Shown here in pieces: positions 61,463 to 64,000 of a DNA stretch of 64,000 nucleotides. A program made the position numbers and the translations under genes. The notes under the pieces were generated by a model. That model did not search any database, was not told the DNA's origin, and saw only the letters and a list, made by a program, of their open reading frames with translations. The DNA lies in assembly GCA_963514005.1 (NCBI GenBank), contig OY740784.1, forward strand, positions 124,682,001-124,746,000, read 5' to 3'. Each line of letters starts with the position of its first letter. The first letter of the stretch is position 1. Origin of the DNA: Raja brachyura. Its lineage: Eukaryota.

Positions 61463-64000
61463 TTTTTTTTTTTTTGTTAATATTTTTTATTAGAAGTTAA
61501 TGCATATTGATACATATTAAGACAATTTAAAATGTAAGGAAAAAAAGAGAAACAAAAGAATTTACTATTCATCTCATACATTCTTAATATTTATAAAATT
61601 TACAGTCATTCTTGTTTATACTTCTACATATTTTTTTATTATTTTTAATAAAGAAGGAAATTAATAGAAAGAAATAATAAAAGAAATTAAAAAAATAATA
61701 AAAATAGAAAATCAATAATATGAGTGGAGTTTTAAACATTCTGTTCTACATTGGAGATATATCAGTGATCTATTATATATAATTCTTCATCCGCTCCCCG
61801 TCCAGGTTTCAGTCAGGCCCTCGAACCGAGCCCATTTGTCCCTTTAGATAATCAATAAATGGAGACCATGTTCCTCTAAACTGATCTAGCCTGTCCGAGA
61901 GGACAAGTCTTAATCTTTCCAAATGAAGTGTCTCCGACATTTCTGTAATCCACATTTTAATAGTGAGGTTGGTAGGACCTTTCCAAAATTTTAGTATTAA
62001 TTTTTTACCAATTATTAAACTATAATCGATAAAAAATCATTGTTTTGTTGTTAGTGATTGATCAGTTTCTAATATACCTAATATAATTAATTTGGAATCT
62101 GGATATAGATTTGTATTAACTACCTTCAAAATTATCTTAAAAATTTCTGACCAAAAATTAGTAATTTTAATACATTTGGTAAATGAATGTGTTAGGTTGG
62201 CTTCTAGGTGTTGACATTTGTCACATATAGCAGAAACATTTGGAAAAATTCTATTTAGTTTGGACTTTGAGAGATGTAATCTATGTAAAATTTTAAATTG
62301 TATCAGAGAGTGTCTGGCATTTAATGAGCAGTAGTGTATATGTTGTAAACTTTCCTCCCATACTTCTAAACTAATTGATTGTCCTAATTCACTTTCCCAT
62401 GCTTGCCTATATATTTCCGACGGTGGTGCATCATTTTCCAATAAAATATTATAAATATATGATATTAATTTTTCTGTGTTCGGATGTTTATTTAAACATT
62501 CATCTAGAATTTCTGTCTTTCTATTTCTAAATTCTTGTGTATTTGATTTAACATAATCTCTAATTTGTAAATATCTAAAATATTCTTTTGAGTGTAGTCC
62601 ATATTTTTGTTGTAATTCTTGAAATGAAAGAAAAAGGTTTTCCCTATAGAGATCCCGTATCTTATTAATTCCATAATTTTTCCATTGTGAAAAACCTTTA
62701 TCCATCCTAGAGGGTTTAAAAGTGATATTGTTTGCAATGTGAAGATCCAGTGGTATACATTCCAATTTTAAAGATTTTTTTAATTGTTTCCAAATACGTA
62801 TCCCATTTTCTATTATTGGGTGTAATTTGGTATTAGCAAATATAATGGAGTTAATTTCAAAAGGTAGGCAGTCTTCCTTTTCCAATTTTAACCAATTCGG
62901 CTGTGTATCTAATTCTTCCAACCAAAAATTCATATTTTTAATATAAACTGCCCAATAGTAAAACATAAAATTAGGCAACGCTAAACCTCCACTTATTTTT
63001 GCTTTACATAGATGTTTCTTATTTATTCTATGGCTCTTATAATCCCAAATAAAATTTGTAATTATAGAATCTACCTTCTTAAAAAAAATTTTGGGAAGAT
63101 ATATCGGCATCATTTGAAATAAATATAATAATTGCGGGAGAAAGATCATTTTTATCGCATTTATTTTACCTAACATTGAGATAGGTAATGCTTTCCAATA
63201 TAGAATATTCTTAAGTAATTTATTCAATAAAGGTGGGAAATTAGATTTAAATAAAGAGTCATGTCTTTTTGTTACATAAATTCCAAGATATTTAATTTTT
63301 TCATTTGCTATCGTAAAAGGGAATCGTTGTAATATGTGTGAGTTATTTCCCATTATTGACATAAGTTCACTTTTATTCCAATTAATTCTATATCCTGAGA
63401 GTAGACCAAATTGAGTTATTAAATCTAGCAGGGTAGGTATACTAATTTCAGGCTTTGTAATATAGAGTAATACATCATCTGCGTATAAAGAAATTTTATT
63501 TTCCGTTTCTTTGGTTTCATTCCCGTATATTTTAGGGTGTAATCTCACACGCTGTGCTAATGGTTCTATTGCTAACGCAAAGAGTAGTGGTGATAGCGGA
63601 CAACCTTGTCTACAGCCTCTGAATAAGTTAAATTTAGTTGATAACATTTGATTTGTTTGTATTCTAGCTGTCTGACTGGTGTATAATAATTTGACCCACG
63701 TTATAAACTTTTCTCCTAGCTGGAAGGATTCCAAAACCGAGAATAAATAAGACCATTCAACCTGATCGAAAGCTTTCTCTGCATCTAATGAGATAATTGC
63801 TAGGCCTTTACTAATATTTCTTTTCGAGTATATAATATTGAATAATCGTCTCAGGTTATATGAAGAATATCGTTTTGGTATCAATCCAGTCTGGTCTGGG
63901 TGTATTATTTTGTTGATCACCATATTTAATCATGTGCTAATATTTTAGTTAATATTTTTTGATCAGTGTTTAAAAGAACTATGGCTCTATACGATCCTGG
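61463..64000 (-). mobile_element. L1-clade LINE, ORF2 RT and C-terminal part with poly(A) tail; continues off the window
   Basis: ORF 62037-63923: DAEKAFD, GCRQGCPLSPLLF, YADD, and a Cys/His knuckle CDKC..H....C. T-run at 61463-61476. Confidence 0.92.

Overview
Eukaryotic, repeat-dense window, most likely from a cartilaginous fish (probably a skate or ray, judged from the IgM-type exons and repeat families). The only host gene is the 5' part of an IgM heavy-chain cluster on the + strand: leader (48564-48609), a V exon already fused to a JH segment with no RSS or D in between (48784-49123), Cmu1 (~57192-57500) and Cmu2 (59623-59934). The V-J join is out of frame and invariant Trp/Cys residues are lost, so this is a probable pseudogene. 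The J-C intron holds an inverted pair of ~100-bp octamer-containing blocks (candidate enhancer), now separated by a CR1 LINE with an intact ORF2. The rest is nested mobile DNA: four DIRS1-type tyrosine-recombinase retrotransposons (all visible ends carry an ATT trinucleotide; all four have conserved splice signals), a Gypsy/Mag-like LTR element with an internally inverted RT, many CR1, Rex/Babar, Penelope (with hammerhead cores) and L1 pieces, and MITE-like and Academ-like DNA elements. There is also a 20-bp GC-rich satellite inside a ~3.7-kb tandem duplication, and telomere-like CCCCAA repeats beside two assembly gaps. All calls are by eye; no database searches were run.
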